Positions 1 through 13,400 of a DNA stretch of 64,000 bases are shown one piece after another (position 1 is the first letter of the stretch; each line of letters starts with the position of its first letter). The stretch covers positions 34,243,967 to 34,307,966 of the forward strand of contig CM120640.1 in the NCBI GenBank assembly GCA_051362555.1, given 5' to 3'. The notes under the pieces are model-generated. The model was given only the letters and a program-made list of their open reading frames with translations. It was not told the origin of the DNA and searched no databases. The stretch comes from Lingula anatina. Its lineage: Eukaryota; Animalia; Brachiopoda. The position numbers and the translations under genes were made by a program.

Positions 1-67
1 TCCAAGAGGATACTGGCAAATAGTTACATTAAATATTCAAGCAAACTATTTGTTAGGGAAATGTTAC

Positions 68-3000
68 CTTGTGATATAACCTGATATCTATGAAGAAACC
101 ATGCATGTAGGCCCTCAGTAAATTAGACCCAATCAAATGAGAGAGTCCCAGCTCATCAAGCTCTTGTCTAGTTAGGAATTTGTAGTCATCGTACACTGCA
201 ACAGTTATAATTCAACACATGATCTTCACAATATTTCAATTAAATTATGTATTTGTTATAAGACAATTTTCATTTCCTGTCACTGATTTGGAGCTAATGA
301 CGCTGGATGAATATTTCAATGGAAGTAAACATTTTTGTTTTTAAATGTCAGCTAAAATGATCTTTCTGGCAGTACTTTGTCACATACTACATAAATACAG
401 GCCTTTAATTACCTTGAGGAGCGTCCGTTTCTTCTAACTCTTCCGTAAGATTGTCTAGGAAAGAGCACCACTTAGGTGCAGGGCCCAGTGACTGTATAAG
501 TGATAATAATTGTATGCATTATTTTAATCATTTAAAGATCCAGTCAGAATTTATTCTCACACCAAAACTGCTCACTTCATCAGCATTCAAGACAAATTTT
601 CCAGTCAAAATTTATTCTCACACCAGAACTGCCTGCTTCATCAGCATTCAAGACAAGATTTTTTGAGAAACATGTATGACAACAAATTTCTAGACCCGAT
701 ACTTTTCAAAATTGCCATGAAACTTCCTGTTTATCTTTAAGTATGAGCAAATATGTTTGCAAAACTTCTGAATGTGACAAAAATATCACAAATATTTACA
801 TAATCCAAAGTACAAATCTATTCACAATATCATATATAGTTTACTTACAGGTATGTAGTATGTGAGCACTTTAGGAGCCTCGTTGGCCATAAACAACAGC
901 CCAGAGTCTGGGAAAACACACAGGTCATTCAGTTTCACACCAGGCTCAATGGAAGTAAAAGGTTTGCCCTGAAATTGCAAAATTAAATTATTACATTTGA
1001 TACCTTACCTTAAGAAAATAAATAAAGTCTTTTGCAGCACTTAAACCAATATAATAAATTATTCTAATTCAGAAAGTCATGTAAGTCTGAAAGGCATGTC
1101 AGTCTCACTGAATCATGAATAGTTTCAATCCAAAATATTTCATTAGAAATGGCAAATGACATTGAGTCCAGTTATCTTAAATGAGTGTTTCAACAACTGT
1201 GAATTGTTATGAAAATCTTGATTAACTTACAGTGTCTCTGTGCCAGAGTTTGAGAATTTTGCTGTCTATGGAGAGTACTACATCCAGGCCTTCGTGGAAA
1301 GCAATAGATTTAATAGGCAGGCCGTACTGGTGGTCCTTTACCAACAGGGGCTTGTCTGATCTTATATCATACAACAGGATCTGCAAAATACAATGGTAAA
1401 CATGGATGAATGGTGGTCTGTTTTTATTTGATGTTGTCATGACTGACAGCAGAGAATGAAATTTGAACTCACAGACATGGGCAACACATGGTGATTGAAA
1501 AATACTAGCAAGAAAAGGTTCATGTTGTTAATGACAAGAAAAAATGTATCTCTATTACATTAATGTATCTTTATAGTATCAATGATGTTTAAAGCACTAC
1601 TCATTGGTGGGTTCTAATTTTGAAAAGATACTCCAAATAGTCTAGTGCAATAAGAATCCACATAACTAAAGTGAGAGCAACAATGTTTCCTAAACCCACT
1701 CCATAAACAAAATATAACACCAAGACAAAATTAGCTTCAAAAAGTAAATGACATTAAACAAAATTATTTTAAATCTGACACACAAAACATAATCTGAACA
1801 TCAAAAATGACATCAATTTTTGTAAACTGACCCTGATCTCAAGTGGACAGAACATGTGCAGTTAATTTATTCAAAGTCTTGTGCCAAGCTTTTTTATCTA
1901 AGGCAGTTGAAAAGGGCAAATCTGGCCACTGAGGATCTAATAGTTATATATCAATCAATAATTAGATCAGTCCTAGAATATGCATGCCCTGTGTGGGGGC
2001 CTGGTCTTACAGCTGAACAATGTGAATGCTTAGAATCTGTTCAAAGGAGAGCTCTTAGAATTATTTACCCATTTTATACTTACAAGGATGCCCTACAGGC
2101 TAGTAATCTCACCTCTCTGAGGGAGAGAAGAGTCGTTTTACTTAAGAACTTTTTTACAAAAATCAAGAATTTTAATAAGCTACACCATCTGTTTAAACAA
2201 AAGAACCCAAGAAATCTCAGGGTCAGCAACAAATTTTTAATACCAAAAGTAAAAACGGAGCGTTTTAAATCATCTTTTATAATACACAGTCTTTTAAATT
2301 TTATGTAAATTACTGCTTCAAACTGTCTTATAAGTCTTTGGTCCTTTTAGTTTAGTTTATAATTCTTAGTTAATTTTAAAATACCTTATGATTTTATTAT
2401 TTAAGACGCATTGTAAAACTTCAACCTATTAGGTTGCGATTTTAGTAAATAAATTATTATTTTTATTATTAAAAAAAAAAAAAAACTCATATTTCTTAGG
2501 CAACTTTTCTGCAATATTTTTACAATTACCATCCATCACTTGTCTCTTTATTGACTTTGTAAAACCTTAAACCAAGTTACAACACAAAGATCATCTAATC
2601 AATATGAAAATTCATAAGAAATATTATGCTCACATGTCCAGCAGATGTGCCCACTGCAAGAGTCAATGCATCTCTATACTTCAGGGAAGTTATTTCTGGA
2701 ACACCCTCTAATCTGAAAAACACTTAACCATCTTAAATTTTTGTTTAAAAAGAACAGGCCAAAATAAAATAACACATCAAAGATTTATTTGTAATAAACA
2801 ATCTCACATTCAGGATTAACAGGAAATTACACCTCAAAAATAACATTCAAACTAATATAATCCAATTTAGCCTCCACAAATAAGAGAAGCTCACAATGTG
2901 AAAAAAGCAGCCATGCTTTGAGAGTAAATATCGTTTTAATTTTTTATTGTAATTTTATCACATTTAAACATAACATTTCAATTATGCTGCAGTGTTTGCA

Positions 3001-3293
3001 CCTACTCAAGCTCCTGAACTATGCTTCCAATGGCACAATCTAGCTGACCAACTTGATTTCTGGTCCTTGGGTCCCAACACTCAACTTTGCCCTTTTAATC
3101 AAAAATAATGTCAGATTGGGTTCCACTAAAATTATTATCTTTTTAATGTGTTCCAAAGCTTGACTAAAAATTAAACCATTCTTATTTTAACTATTACTAA
3201 AAACTTATAACAGAGTTAAAATTATTTCAGTAGTTACTGTAAAACGTTAACATTTTAATTAAATTTAAAGAAAAACATAAAACAATGTACAAA

Positions 3294-3358
<65 letters not shown>

Positions 3359-5453
3359 TTTAATAACAGGGACAGCACAAATACTTTAAGTGCTCATTAA
3401 AGATAGAAAGTCCCTAAGAAAACATTCTAATGACTAAATTTAAAATGTTAAACATGTTAATAAACAAAATATAATAAAGATAGTATAATAATGAAAGTAT
3501 ACATACTTCTGTTGTCCCACAAGTGAACAAACCATGAAGAGGATTGATATCACAGCAATTCAGTTCCCTGTAGAACATTGAAAATACATGTGCAACTTTC
3601 AATAACTTCAATCAGAAACATAATGACCAAAAGTGTGTGACTTTGGCTTCAAACATAAAATGAGTTGTACAAAAAAACAGAGGGATTAAAAAAAAAAGAA
3701 ATAAAAATCAGGGCATGCTGTGCAATATTTGCCATGAATGACCAGATCTCCATTAAGCAGTGCATATAACTAATTTATATGTAATTGGCTATTATAATAT
3801 GTAACTTTGACATGAAAGTTTTGACCACAGGTCACTCACACAGCATTTGTCTTCAAGGGCGACATGAATCTCCCCAGCTCCAGATTTAGTCTGACAATTT
3901 CTGGACTGAAAGAAGATGTCAATAATTATGCACCTGTATAATCCACCAACTTTGCAAGAAACAACATACTACACTGGCTATTTTAAATGAAAACATGCAA
4001 ATTTTGTAGTTAAAATGCTTTAAAAATACTAAGATAATATTAAGTTCTTGAAACCACTTGTGTTTCGTGTACTGAGGAAGAAAACTCTTAAAGATCAAGA
4101 GGTTCATCTGTAGGTTCATTAATGGAGAAAATGCAAAAATTCACAGAGCATTCGGGATAAAACAAAAAAAAAACAGATTAAGTAAACAGGGCACAAAAAA
4201 TACACCAGCAAGAAGAAAGGGCAAAAAATGAGACTATTTTCTAATTAAATAATTATTTCAATAACAACATACTGACCTAGCACCAACAAAGAACAAATCA
4301 CAGGATGGATAATGATAGTGAAAGTCCCTGCCAAACTTAGGTATCCTTGTCCTGAAGTATCTCCCCATCTGACTGTGAAACTCCACATATCTGTCATCTT
4401 GAAGGAACACAACCTAGAAAGCAAGGTAATGTGTAAGTTAAACCAACTTTGTTCAAGTACTCATCCACTATATCTGAAGTAAATTTCACAATAAACTTCA
4501 GCTTGAGTGTGGCAGTGATTTACCTCTGTAAACTGATCTTTCTTGATGTGTCTCTAAAAGGCAACAACCACAAAGAACCAATGTGTGTTGTTATATAATA
4601 ATTAACTGTGTCAGTACCCAGCCTTGACAACTAGGGTCTACACAGGACAGGGGAGTTTTAATGTGATACATAATTATCATAAGTGTTTATGTCTGTTCAG
4701 CTGGTCTCAAAGTAGCTTTTAAGAAACAGGATAAAATGAAACTCAGCTTTCTAGCATACATACAGATTTCCAAAATCATGTTGAATATGATCAATGGCCA
4801 AAAAATTCAAATGACTATTTTCAATCATAACATAGGGGCTACTGTTCCTACACACCTTGGAGTAGTCCTCAGATAGAATGCGGAACTTAATCACTTCAGC
4901 ATCCAGGCACCTCTCAAACTTCATGGACATCTGTGCCATATCATAGCACCTAATTCTTGGCTTGTACACGCCTAAAACAACATGGTAATCAATTGATAAA
5001 TGTTGATTTATGCATTATAATGTGGGATAGTATACCTGGAGATATCAAACCATATCTTCTACAATCTAAATGTCTAGTTTTTTCAGGAAATGGTAGCTTA
5101 TTTAGAAATCGGTGACAATGAAAAATTAATAATTTACTCTAAACACTTAAAAAGTATTCTGCACAACAATCTAGATGCCAATAAAATGCTTGTAAATCAA
5201 TCAAAATGCAAACATCAAGGTTAAGTTTTAGATTTACATTGAAAAAGTTAACTTTAACTGCAAAGGTAAAATATTATTTAACTGTTCTAAAATTTGTGAG
5301 CAGATGCAATGTTCCTTTTTTTTCTAGTCTTGTAATGAAATATGCTTTTACCTGCTGCAAATATATACTGTTTATCTGGAGTAACTGCAACATTGGTGCT
5401 CACTGTTGGCATCTCAAAGTCCTGTATCAAATTTATTCTCCTCCTTAAATCTA

Positions 5454-5501
<48 letters not shown>

Positions 5502-7832
5502 TACAAACAATATAATAAGTCATGGTATAAATATTATGGTAAATAACCTTTTGCAAGTTGTGTCATAATTTGTACTGCATTAACTAAATGAAACAAACAG
5601 CATGTCTAAAACTCACAAAATATACTTAGTTATGGCAGTAAACAGAAAAAAATGCTGAATATGCAATTGTATTCAATGCACCATAAAATTCTGAACAGGG
5701 TATCAACAGAAACAAAGATACTCTTTTTCCAAAATATTTTGATGTGGCAACAAGGCGAGATATAACTTCACAAAGACCAGAATTAATACTGTTACATGGA
5801 ACAAATAATAAGAAAAATACTATTGTATGTCATAAGCTTTTCCTAAATTCCTGGTCTACAATCTTCCAACAGATGTAATAGCTGTGTTTTCAGGCAAAAA
5901 AAAATATTTGCAGTTTAAAGATTATATCAGCCGTTATGGTAGCTATCAGTAAAACCTTTACAGTATTGTGTAGCCACAGAAAAGGACTACAAAACTGCCT
6001 CATTTATTTTTCAATAACTGAAAGCTTTTATTCATTTGTTTTCTGGCTACTTGGGGTCATAACTTTCAAACAAACAGTGTGATGAAAAAATTTATAGAGG
6101 AGGGTTCAGATCGAGCCAGTGTACAAGCTGGAATGATCCAACTCGGTAGGAGATTCTCGGGCCTAAGCAATCACTGTAATAGGCCTTTATGTCTGACATG
6201 CCTCTTCTACCTGCTAACAGATAATTAGGACTAGCACACATGAAAGCCAACTACCTCCTAGCAACTACAGCAGGGTTGTCAGACAGTTTAGCCGATTACC
6301 CTAAATGCTATTTTGTGAGAATCCCCTGCAGAATTCGATTGATCCAGGTGGTACGATGTTTGAATCTGAACACAGTATAAGCACCATTGTGTTCTCCATG
6401 TACTCTTTGGCCCACATAATAGATCTGCAATACAAAACCACTATTCTTCTCATAAGCAAGGCATCCCCAATATATTTTCATACATACCTATGTCATTCTT
6501 CTGTAGTGACCTTTTCTTTCTGTCTGATAACCACTACAAAGATGAAAAAGGTACTGTTTAGGTTAACATTTATTAGAATTGCAAAAATTGCCCAAGATGT
6601 TGTTTTAGGGCTCATAACTAATGAAAGTATTTTCTAATGAAAGTATTATTCTACTTAGATTGATCCAATGCCATCGGAACTCTCGCTGAATGCAATTAGA
6701 TAAAAAGATTAATACACCCCCTGTCACTTATAAGGTAGAATACAGAAAAGCTGGTGATTATGCCAGTATGTGGAAACAAGCAGAGTAGCACAAAATTCAT
6801 GTCTTAGCACTCCTACTCACAACTTTAAAATCAGAGCTGTGTTATAACATGAAAGTAAAAGGTCTCGGGTGGGGGGCTCTCAAATTTTTATCTTACCTCT
6901 CATCACCTCAACTCACACTCTTCTGTAAAGGCAACCAGTATTTCCATCAACAGAGCTAGGAGTAAGTAAATACTCATGCATCTGCTTGTTTATCAGTTCG
7001 ATTGTCGTGAAATCTTTTACCCAGGGAGAATGTTTATGATGAAAAGACATCTTCTTGTGAGAAATTTGTTAGAAATTGTTTCACCACCTGGAAATCTTTG
7101 TATATAATCATGTTGCTTGTGGAACTTACATTGAACTTGATTCAGCACAATAGGGTGATTTTTGGAGGGAAAAACATTGGGTCATTATTTGACCTACATT
7201 CAGAAGTCTTTTTGGCTTAGTTTTCCGGGTACTTAATTTCACAATGGCCTAACTAGTAAATAAGCAGTTGGATACTACTCTCAGCTCTATTGATAGGAAA
7301 ACTGGTAGAATTTACAGGAGTGTGCCAGTTAATACTGAGCCCGAGGAGATAAGAGGTGAGATAATAATTTGAGAGCTCCCACCCCAAGGCTGGTTTGGCA
7401 ACTGACCCTCATTACGCACCTTTTAAGGTCTTTGCTTTCATGCCTTATCACAGCTTAGATATCAAAATTGGAAAGTTAACGCATAAATTTCGTGCTACAA
7501 GTGGACATGTACAGTAGTAATCTCTCAATCTCAGACCCAATGAATATTTGCGAATGATATGCGTCAAAGTGCGACAGAGGACACACAATTACCCAAGGCT
7601 TTGGATATTTATAGCACGGAGAGTTTGTATCAAGGGGTGTTATGAGGTCTTATAGCTGCCGTTAGAAACTATCATGTAAGGCCGAAAACTGAGGCAAATA
7701 AATTGGCTTATAAACAACGTTAATGGCTAGACCACTCACGGTTTTCGGCTTCTTCCAAGAACTTACCTCTGGTAGCGATTTTCCAGCACTGAGGTTGTAT
7801 ATTTTAACATTATTGGGATTAGAAACCTGCAT
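68..7832 (-). CDS. NOL10: Nucleolar protein 10 (Enp2 homolog, WD40 small-subunit biogenesis factor); 13 coding exons, gene continues beyond the left edge
   Basis: Exons with GT-AG boundaries and consistent phases: 7767-7832 (MQVSNPNNVKIYNLSAGKSLPE), 6488-6533 (WLSDRKKRSLQKNDI), 5352-5450 (LRRRINLIQDFEMPTVS), 4856-4971 (YKPRIRCYD..KFERCLD), 4277-4413 (RIPKFGRDF), 3840-3905, 3507-3567, 3006-3091 (GKVECWDPR), 2634-2712, 1231-1380 (LLYDIRSDKPLLVKDHQYGLPIK), 849-968, 413-491 (LGPAPKWCSFLDNLTEELEE), 68-195 (YDDYKF..LRAYMHGFF). These peptides match NOL10 as I recall it. Confidence 0.97.
541..660. repeat. Two-copy ~61-bp tandem duplication in a NOL10 intron
   Basis: cagtca(g/a)aatttattctcacacca..aactgc..cttcatcagcattcaagacaa occurs twice in tandem. 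Confidence 0.8.
1830..2485 (+). mobile_element. 5'-truncated non-LTR retrotransposon (CR1/L2-group LINE), 3' end of ORF2 plus tail, antisense in a NOL10 intron
   Basis: ORF 1856-2308 carries DLKWTEHV..IYQSIIRSVLEYACPVW..LESVQRRALRII..SLRERR, the post-RT region typical of CR1/L2-type ORF2; followed by AATAAA, (TTA)n and poly(A) at ~2449-2485. Confidence 0.88.
3296..3357. repeat. (AAT)n microsatellite
   Basis: About 20 perfect AAT units. Confidence 0.95.
5453..5502. repeat. (AAT)n microsatellite abutting the NOL10 exon 3 splice acceptor
   Basis: On the - strand (TTA)n runs straight into TTTAG|AT at 5451. Confidence 0.95.
6780..7490. mobile_element. Degenerate foldback / old MITE-like inverted repeat in NOL10 intron 1
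   Basis: The reverse complement of ~6800-6990 (..ctctgttgatggaaatactgg..gagaggtaagataaaaatttgagagccccccaccc..ctttcatg..cacagct) aligns with ~7255-7460 (..ctctattgataggaaaactgg..aagaggtgagataataatttgagagctcccacccc..ctttcatg..cacagct). Ends are approximate. Confidence 0.6.
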
Positions 7833-7849
7833 TTTGTACTAGTAAGCAT

Positions 7850-7910
7850 ATGTAAAACAGCATCTATTTCCACGTGCCTCCCTGATACATCTTTTTCGCG
7901 TGAAACGACA
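7850..7910 (-). promoter_or_regulatory. Probable NOL10 proximal promoter with an E-box
   Basis: CACGTG at 7871-7876, ~40 bp upstream of the ATG, in a locally CpG-containing stretch; Myc-type E-boxes are typical of ribosome biogenesis genes. Confidence 0.5.
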
Positions 7911-8929
7911 ATGGGGACTAACTGCGCACCGATACACAAGTGCAAGATGTGCTGGGTGTCCCCCCCCCCCCCAAAAAAAAAAAAAATGCTGACAACAATC
8001 ATAAGGAGAAAAAGAAAGAACTTCAACTTCAAAAAAACTTTTCTGAATACATGCACAAGGCAACATATTACATTGTTACTTGTTGATCAGTTCGCATGTC
8101 CAATATGTCTTTATTTTCTTTTTTTTTCTTCAAAATACTGACACAAGTGTGATTTACAGGGGATGTATCGGTTCAGTGCGCATTATGCAAAAATTTACTA
8201 GATGAATATCGGTGCGGGGACATATCGGCATGACCCCTATCAAACTTCACTATGATCTCGTGCACATGTCTGTGAAAGAAATTATATATATGGAAATTTT
8301 AAGTGCCATTTACAGTATTAAAATTAATTAACACGGAAAATAAGGCATTGCCTGTCTTGTGCACCATTAATTATTATTGGAATATTGTAACCCGTGTTAC
8401 CAAATAAAAACCTATTGAAATTCAACATTTGATTAAATTATTTCTCATCCGTAATAATTCTGGGTAAGCAAGTCCATCGAAACTCACGCATAAACAATCT
8501 ATGATGAACACAATTTAACTTGTATATTCAAAAGTATATAGCCATTCAATTACAACCAATTCTTAATAAGTAATCATCACAAGATTTGAATGTGACAAAG
8601 ATGGATAATATGTTTATTGGCTCTATAATCAATTCCCATATAAAATAAGTCTTTATAAATAATAAATTTGGTTTCAATTATTACTTTGTGCATAAATGAG
8701 AAAAATGAATTATGAACAATACATCAATAATTTTAAAAAAATCTTTACAAATTATTCATCTTAATTTAAATAAACTGCAAAAACAACAACAAGACATAAT
8801 ACAAGAACAACACAACTTTTTATTATTTTTGATGTTTTAGGACGTTCACCGATCATTTAAATGTTGTATAGACTTTGGTCCAGACATCTATTTATTGTAT
8901 CGAGTTATATGTACATGTAGTTCATCATT

Positions 8930-9730
8930 TGGAATAGTTTTGTGTTAAAGTTTTGTAACTTTTATGTCAGTTATATTTATAGTGTCAGAATTTATAGTGT
9001 CATATCATGTATTGCTTTTTGCTTTTTCTTAGTTTTGTGTTAACATTTTAATTGATTTTGTCATTTAGTTTTGTAGCTTTTTATAATGTCAGTTATATTG
9101 AGGATTTATAGTGTCAAATCATGTATTTTTTTAGTTTTATTGTGTTAAAATTTCGATTTGTTTTGGCATTTAGTTTTGTAGCTTTTAATAATGTCAGTTA
9201 TAATGAGAATTTATGTCAATTCACATAGTACCTTTTGCTTTTTTTAGTTTGTGTTAACATTATTTGATTTTGTCATAGTTTTGTAGCTTTTTATAATGTC
9301 AGTTATATTGATAATTTAGAGTGTCAAATCATACAGTACCTTTGGCTTTTTTTAGTTTGTGTTAAAATTTTATTTGGTTTTGGCATTTTGTAGCTTTTTA
9401 TGTCAGCTGTTTTGTCCTTTTTCTTTTTATCATGTTAAAATTTTTTGTTTTGGCATTTAGTTTTGTAGCTTTTTATAATGCCAGTTAAATTGAGAATTTA
9501 TAGTGTCAAATCATACAGTACCTTTTGCTTTTTTTAGTTTGTGTTAAAATTTTATTTGGTTTTGGCATTGTGTAACTTTTTATAATGTCAGCTGTATTGA
9601 GAATTTATAGTGTCAAATTATGAAGTACTTTGTTCTTTTTTTTTTTAAATTTTATCGTGTTTATATGTTATTTGGTTTTGGCATTTAGTCTTGTAGCACT
9701 TATATTGAGAATTCAAATCATGTAGTTCTT
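8930..9730. repeat. Degenerate T-rich minisatellite, unit roughly 110-120 bp
   Basis: Recurrent ttttgtagctttttataatgtcagttatattgagaatttatagtgtcaaatcat..tagtttgtgttaaaatttt. Confidence 0.85.
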
Positions 9731-10429
9731 TTTTAGACAATGTTTGTTGGGTTTTTTTCTTTTCAGACATCTAATTTAAGTTTAAATTTAAATTAAATTT
9801 GAACTTAAAGATTACTATACTTAATATGATATACTACAATAACCATTGACTACATATAAAATATAAAATGACCAATTAACCTAGCAGCAGAGAATGACTA
9901 AAATACATAAATGCATGTCCTAAAAATGTCCAGGCTGCTAAAAGAATTAGAGCAGTTTCTTTTTTAAAAACATCTCAAAAGTGTCTTTATAGCTTTTCTT
10001 ATACAAGTATATATACAGTCTTTGGTAATCCTAGGTTATTATGTTCTTTTCTGCCATCAAAAAGCTTGAACTAATTCAATGGTAGTTGACTACCTAGGAT
10101 GTAGTCTACCATCCAGCTAAACATAAACCACACTCTACATGCTGATGCACTCATCAAAGAAGAATAATTGCAATTGCTACAGAGTCCACCAGGCGCTAAA
10201 AGCCCCATTTTTTATGCAATCAAGACCAGCATTTTCACTAACAGCGATGCCTATAGTCCGGTATTGTGCCAGGAACCTGAGGAAGATAAAATTAAAGTTT
10301 TGTCACTACATATGCATTGTGTTTTTATACAACTTTCTTTTCCTATTATATGCAACCAGGCAACTCTGTCTTATCTCATCAAATGTCATAATTAGTTATC
10401 TTAAATCAAAGTACAGACTGGCATATTAA

Positions 10430-13400
10430 GAATGAGAATTCAAATCAATTACTTTTCAAATCAAAATGGATCAAATAAATTGTGACAGTACTTAAATCAA
10501 GGACAACCAAACAAATCAATTCCTAAATTCAGATTGAAATTACTGCAATCAAAGTGGACCAAAGTATACATCAGTGTATACTTAACAAATCAATTTTCTT
10601 CAATTCAAAGAACATTACTATCTATAATAAACAAATCAATTACCTGAATTCAAAGTGATATTGCACAAATCAATCAAATCAATCATTTGAATTGAAAGTG
10701 ATGGTACTGAAAACAAAGCGGACCAAACAAATTAATTTTTGGAATAGAAAGTAAGCAAATAAGTTACTCTAGTTCAAATTGACATTACTTAAATCCAAGT
10801 CGACAAAGATGATCATTTACAGGAATTCAAATTAACATTACCGATATCAAACTTTACTAAGCTAATCAGTTACTTGAATTCAAAGTGATATATATTACTG
10901 AAATCAAAGTGGACCAAATGAATCAATTACAAGAATTTTAAGTGACATTACTTAAATCAAAGTGGACCAAATGAATCAATAACAAGCATTCAAAGTGACA
11001 TTACTGATAACAAACTATACTAAGCAAACCAGTTACTCAAGTTCAAATTGACATTACTTAAATCAAAGTGGACATTACTTAAAGTCAACAAAGATGATTA
11101 ATTACAGGAATTCAGAGTGGACATTACTAATATCAAACAATACTAAGCAAATCAGTTACTTGACATCAAATTGACATTACTTAAAGTGAACACAACTAAA
11201 AGTCAAAGATTATCAATTACACAAATTCACTACTAAGCAAATCAATTACAAGAATTCAAAGTGCCATTACTTAAATCACAGTGGACAAAATGAATCAATT
11301 ATAAGAATTCAGAATGACATTACTTAAATCAAAGTGGACCAAATGAATCAAGTACAGGAATTCAAAGTGACATTACTGATATCAAACTATACTAAGCAAA
11401 TCAGTTACTCGATTTCAAATTGACATTAGTTAAGTCAAAGTGGATCAAATGAATCAATTACAGGAATTCAAATTGACATTATTTAAATCAAAGTGGACAT
11501 TACTTAAAATCAACAAAGATGATCAATAACAGGAATTCAAAGTGACATTACTTAAATCAAAATGGACATTACTTTAAATCAACAAAGATGAACAATAACA
11601 GGAATTCAAAGTGACATTACTTAAATCAAAGTGGACCAAATGAATCAATTACAGGAATTCAAAGTGACATTACTAATGTAAAACTATACGAAGCAAATCA
11701 GTTACTTGACTTTACTTGTATCAATTATGATAAACAAAACAATTACCTGAATTCAAGGTGAAATTGCTCAAATCAAAGTGGACCAAGCAGATCAATTGCA
11801 TAAAATGAAAGTGACGGTACTGAAATTGAAGTGAAACAAACAATTAATGGAATTCACATGTCAGTGACAGTAGTTAAATCAAGCTATACTTAAGCAAATC
11901 AGTTACTTTAATCCAAAGTGAAATTACTCATATCAAACTATACTAAGCAAATCAATTACAAGAATTCAAATTGACATTACTTAAATCAAAGGGGCCCAAA
12001 CGAATCAATTACAAGAATTCAAAGTGACATTACTTAAATGACAGTGGACCAAACAAATCAATCACACGAATTCAAAGTGACATTACTTAAATCAAAGTGG
12101 ACCAAACAAATCAATCACAAGAATTCAAAGTGACATTACTAATATCACACTACTAAGCAAATCAATTACATGAATTCAAAATGACATTACTGATTTCAAA
12201 CTATACTAAGCAAATCAGTTACTCGAGTTCAAATTGACATAACTTAAATGAAAGTGGACATTACTTAAAGTCCACAACAAATCAATTACAGGAATTCAAA
12301 GTGACATTACTAATATCGAACTATACTAAGCAAATCAGTTACTTGACTTTACTTGTATCAATTATGATAAACAAACCAATTACCTGAATTCAAGGTGAAA
12401 TTGCTCAAATCAAAGTGGACCAAGCAGATCAATTGCATAAAATGAAAGTGACGGTACTGAAATTGAAGTGAAACAAACAATTAATGGAATTCACAGTGAC
12501 ATTAGTTAAATCAAACTATACTAAGCAAATCAGTTACTCGAGTTCAAATTGACATTACTTAAATCAAAGTGGACATTACTTAAATCAAAGTCAACAAAGC
12601 TGATCAATTATAGGAATGCAAAGTGACATTACTGATATCAAACTATACTTTGGACCTTGGACCTAAATAGAGTTTGGACCAAGCAGATTAACTGCATGAA
12701 ATGAAAGTGACGGCACTGAAATTGAAGTGAAACAAACAATGGAATTCACAGTGACATTAGTTAAATCAAACTATACTAAGCAAATCAGTTACTTGACATC
12801 AAATTGACATTACTTAAAGTGAACACAACTAAAAGTCAACAAAGATGATCAATTACACAAATTCAAAATTGCATTACTGATATCAAACTATACTAAGCAA
12901 ATCAATTACAAGAATTCAAAGTGACATTACTTAAATCAAAGTGGCCCAAACAAATCAATTACAAGAATTCAAAGTGACATGACTTAAATCAAAGTGGACC
13001 AAACGAATCAATTACAAGAATTCAAAGTGACATTACTTAAATCAAAGTGGACATTACTTAAAATAAACAAAGATGATCAATAACAGGAATTTAAAGAGAC
13101 ATTACTTAAATCAAAATGGACCAAATGAATCAGTTACTGGAGTTCAAATTGACATTAATTAAATCAAATTGGACCAAGTTAATCAATTACAGGAATTCAA
13201 AGTGACATTACTCATAGCAAACTATACTAAGCAAATCAGTTAATAGAGTTCGAATTGACATTACTTAAATCAAAGTGGACATTACTTCAATCAAAGTGTA
13301 TCAAACAAATCAATTCCAGGAATTCAAAGTGACATTACTAATATCAAACTATACTAAGCAAATCAGTTACTCGAGATCAAATTGACATTACTTAAATAAA

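Noticed and set aside
6830-6907. Intronic C/D box snoRNA (GTGATGA..CTGA, ~76 nt, sense to NOL10)
   Set aside because: It lies within one arm of a degenerate foldback whose other arm lacks the boxes, and I recognised no rRNA guide; snoscan could revisit it
7912-8237. MITE upstream of NOL10 (gggg..cccc ends, partial inverted accgataca/tgtatcggt)
   Set aside because: The inverted matches are short and no target-site duplication was found
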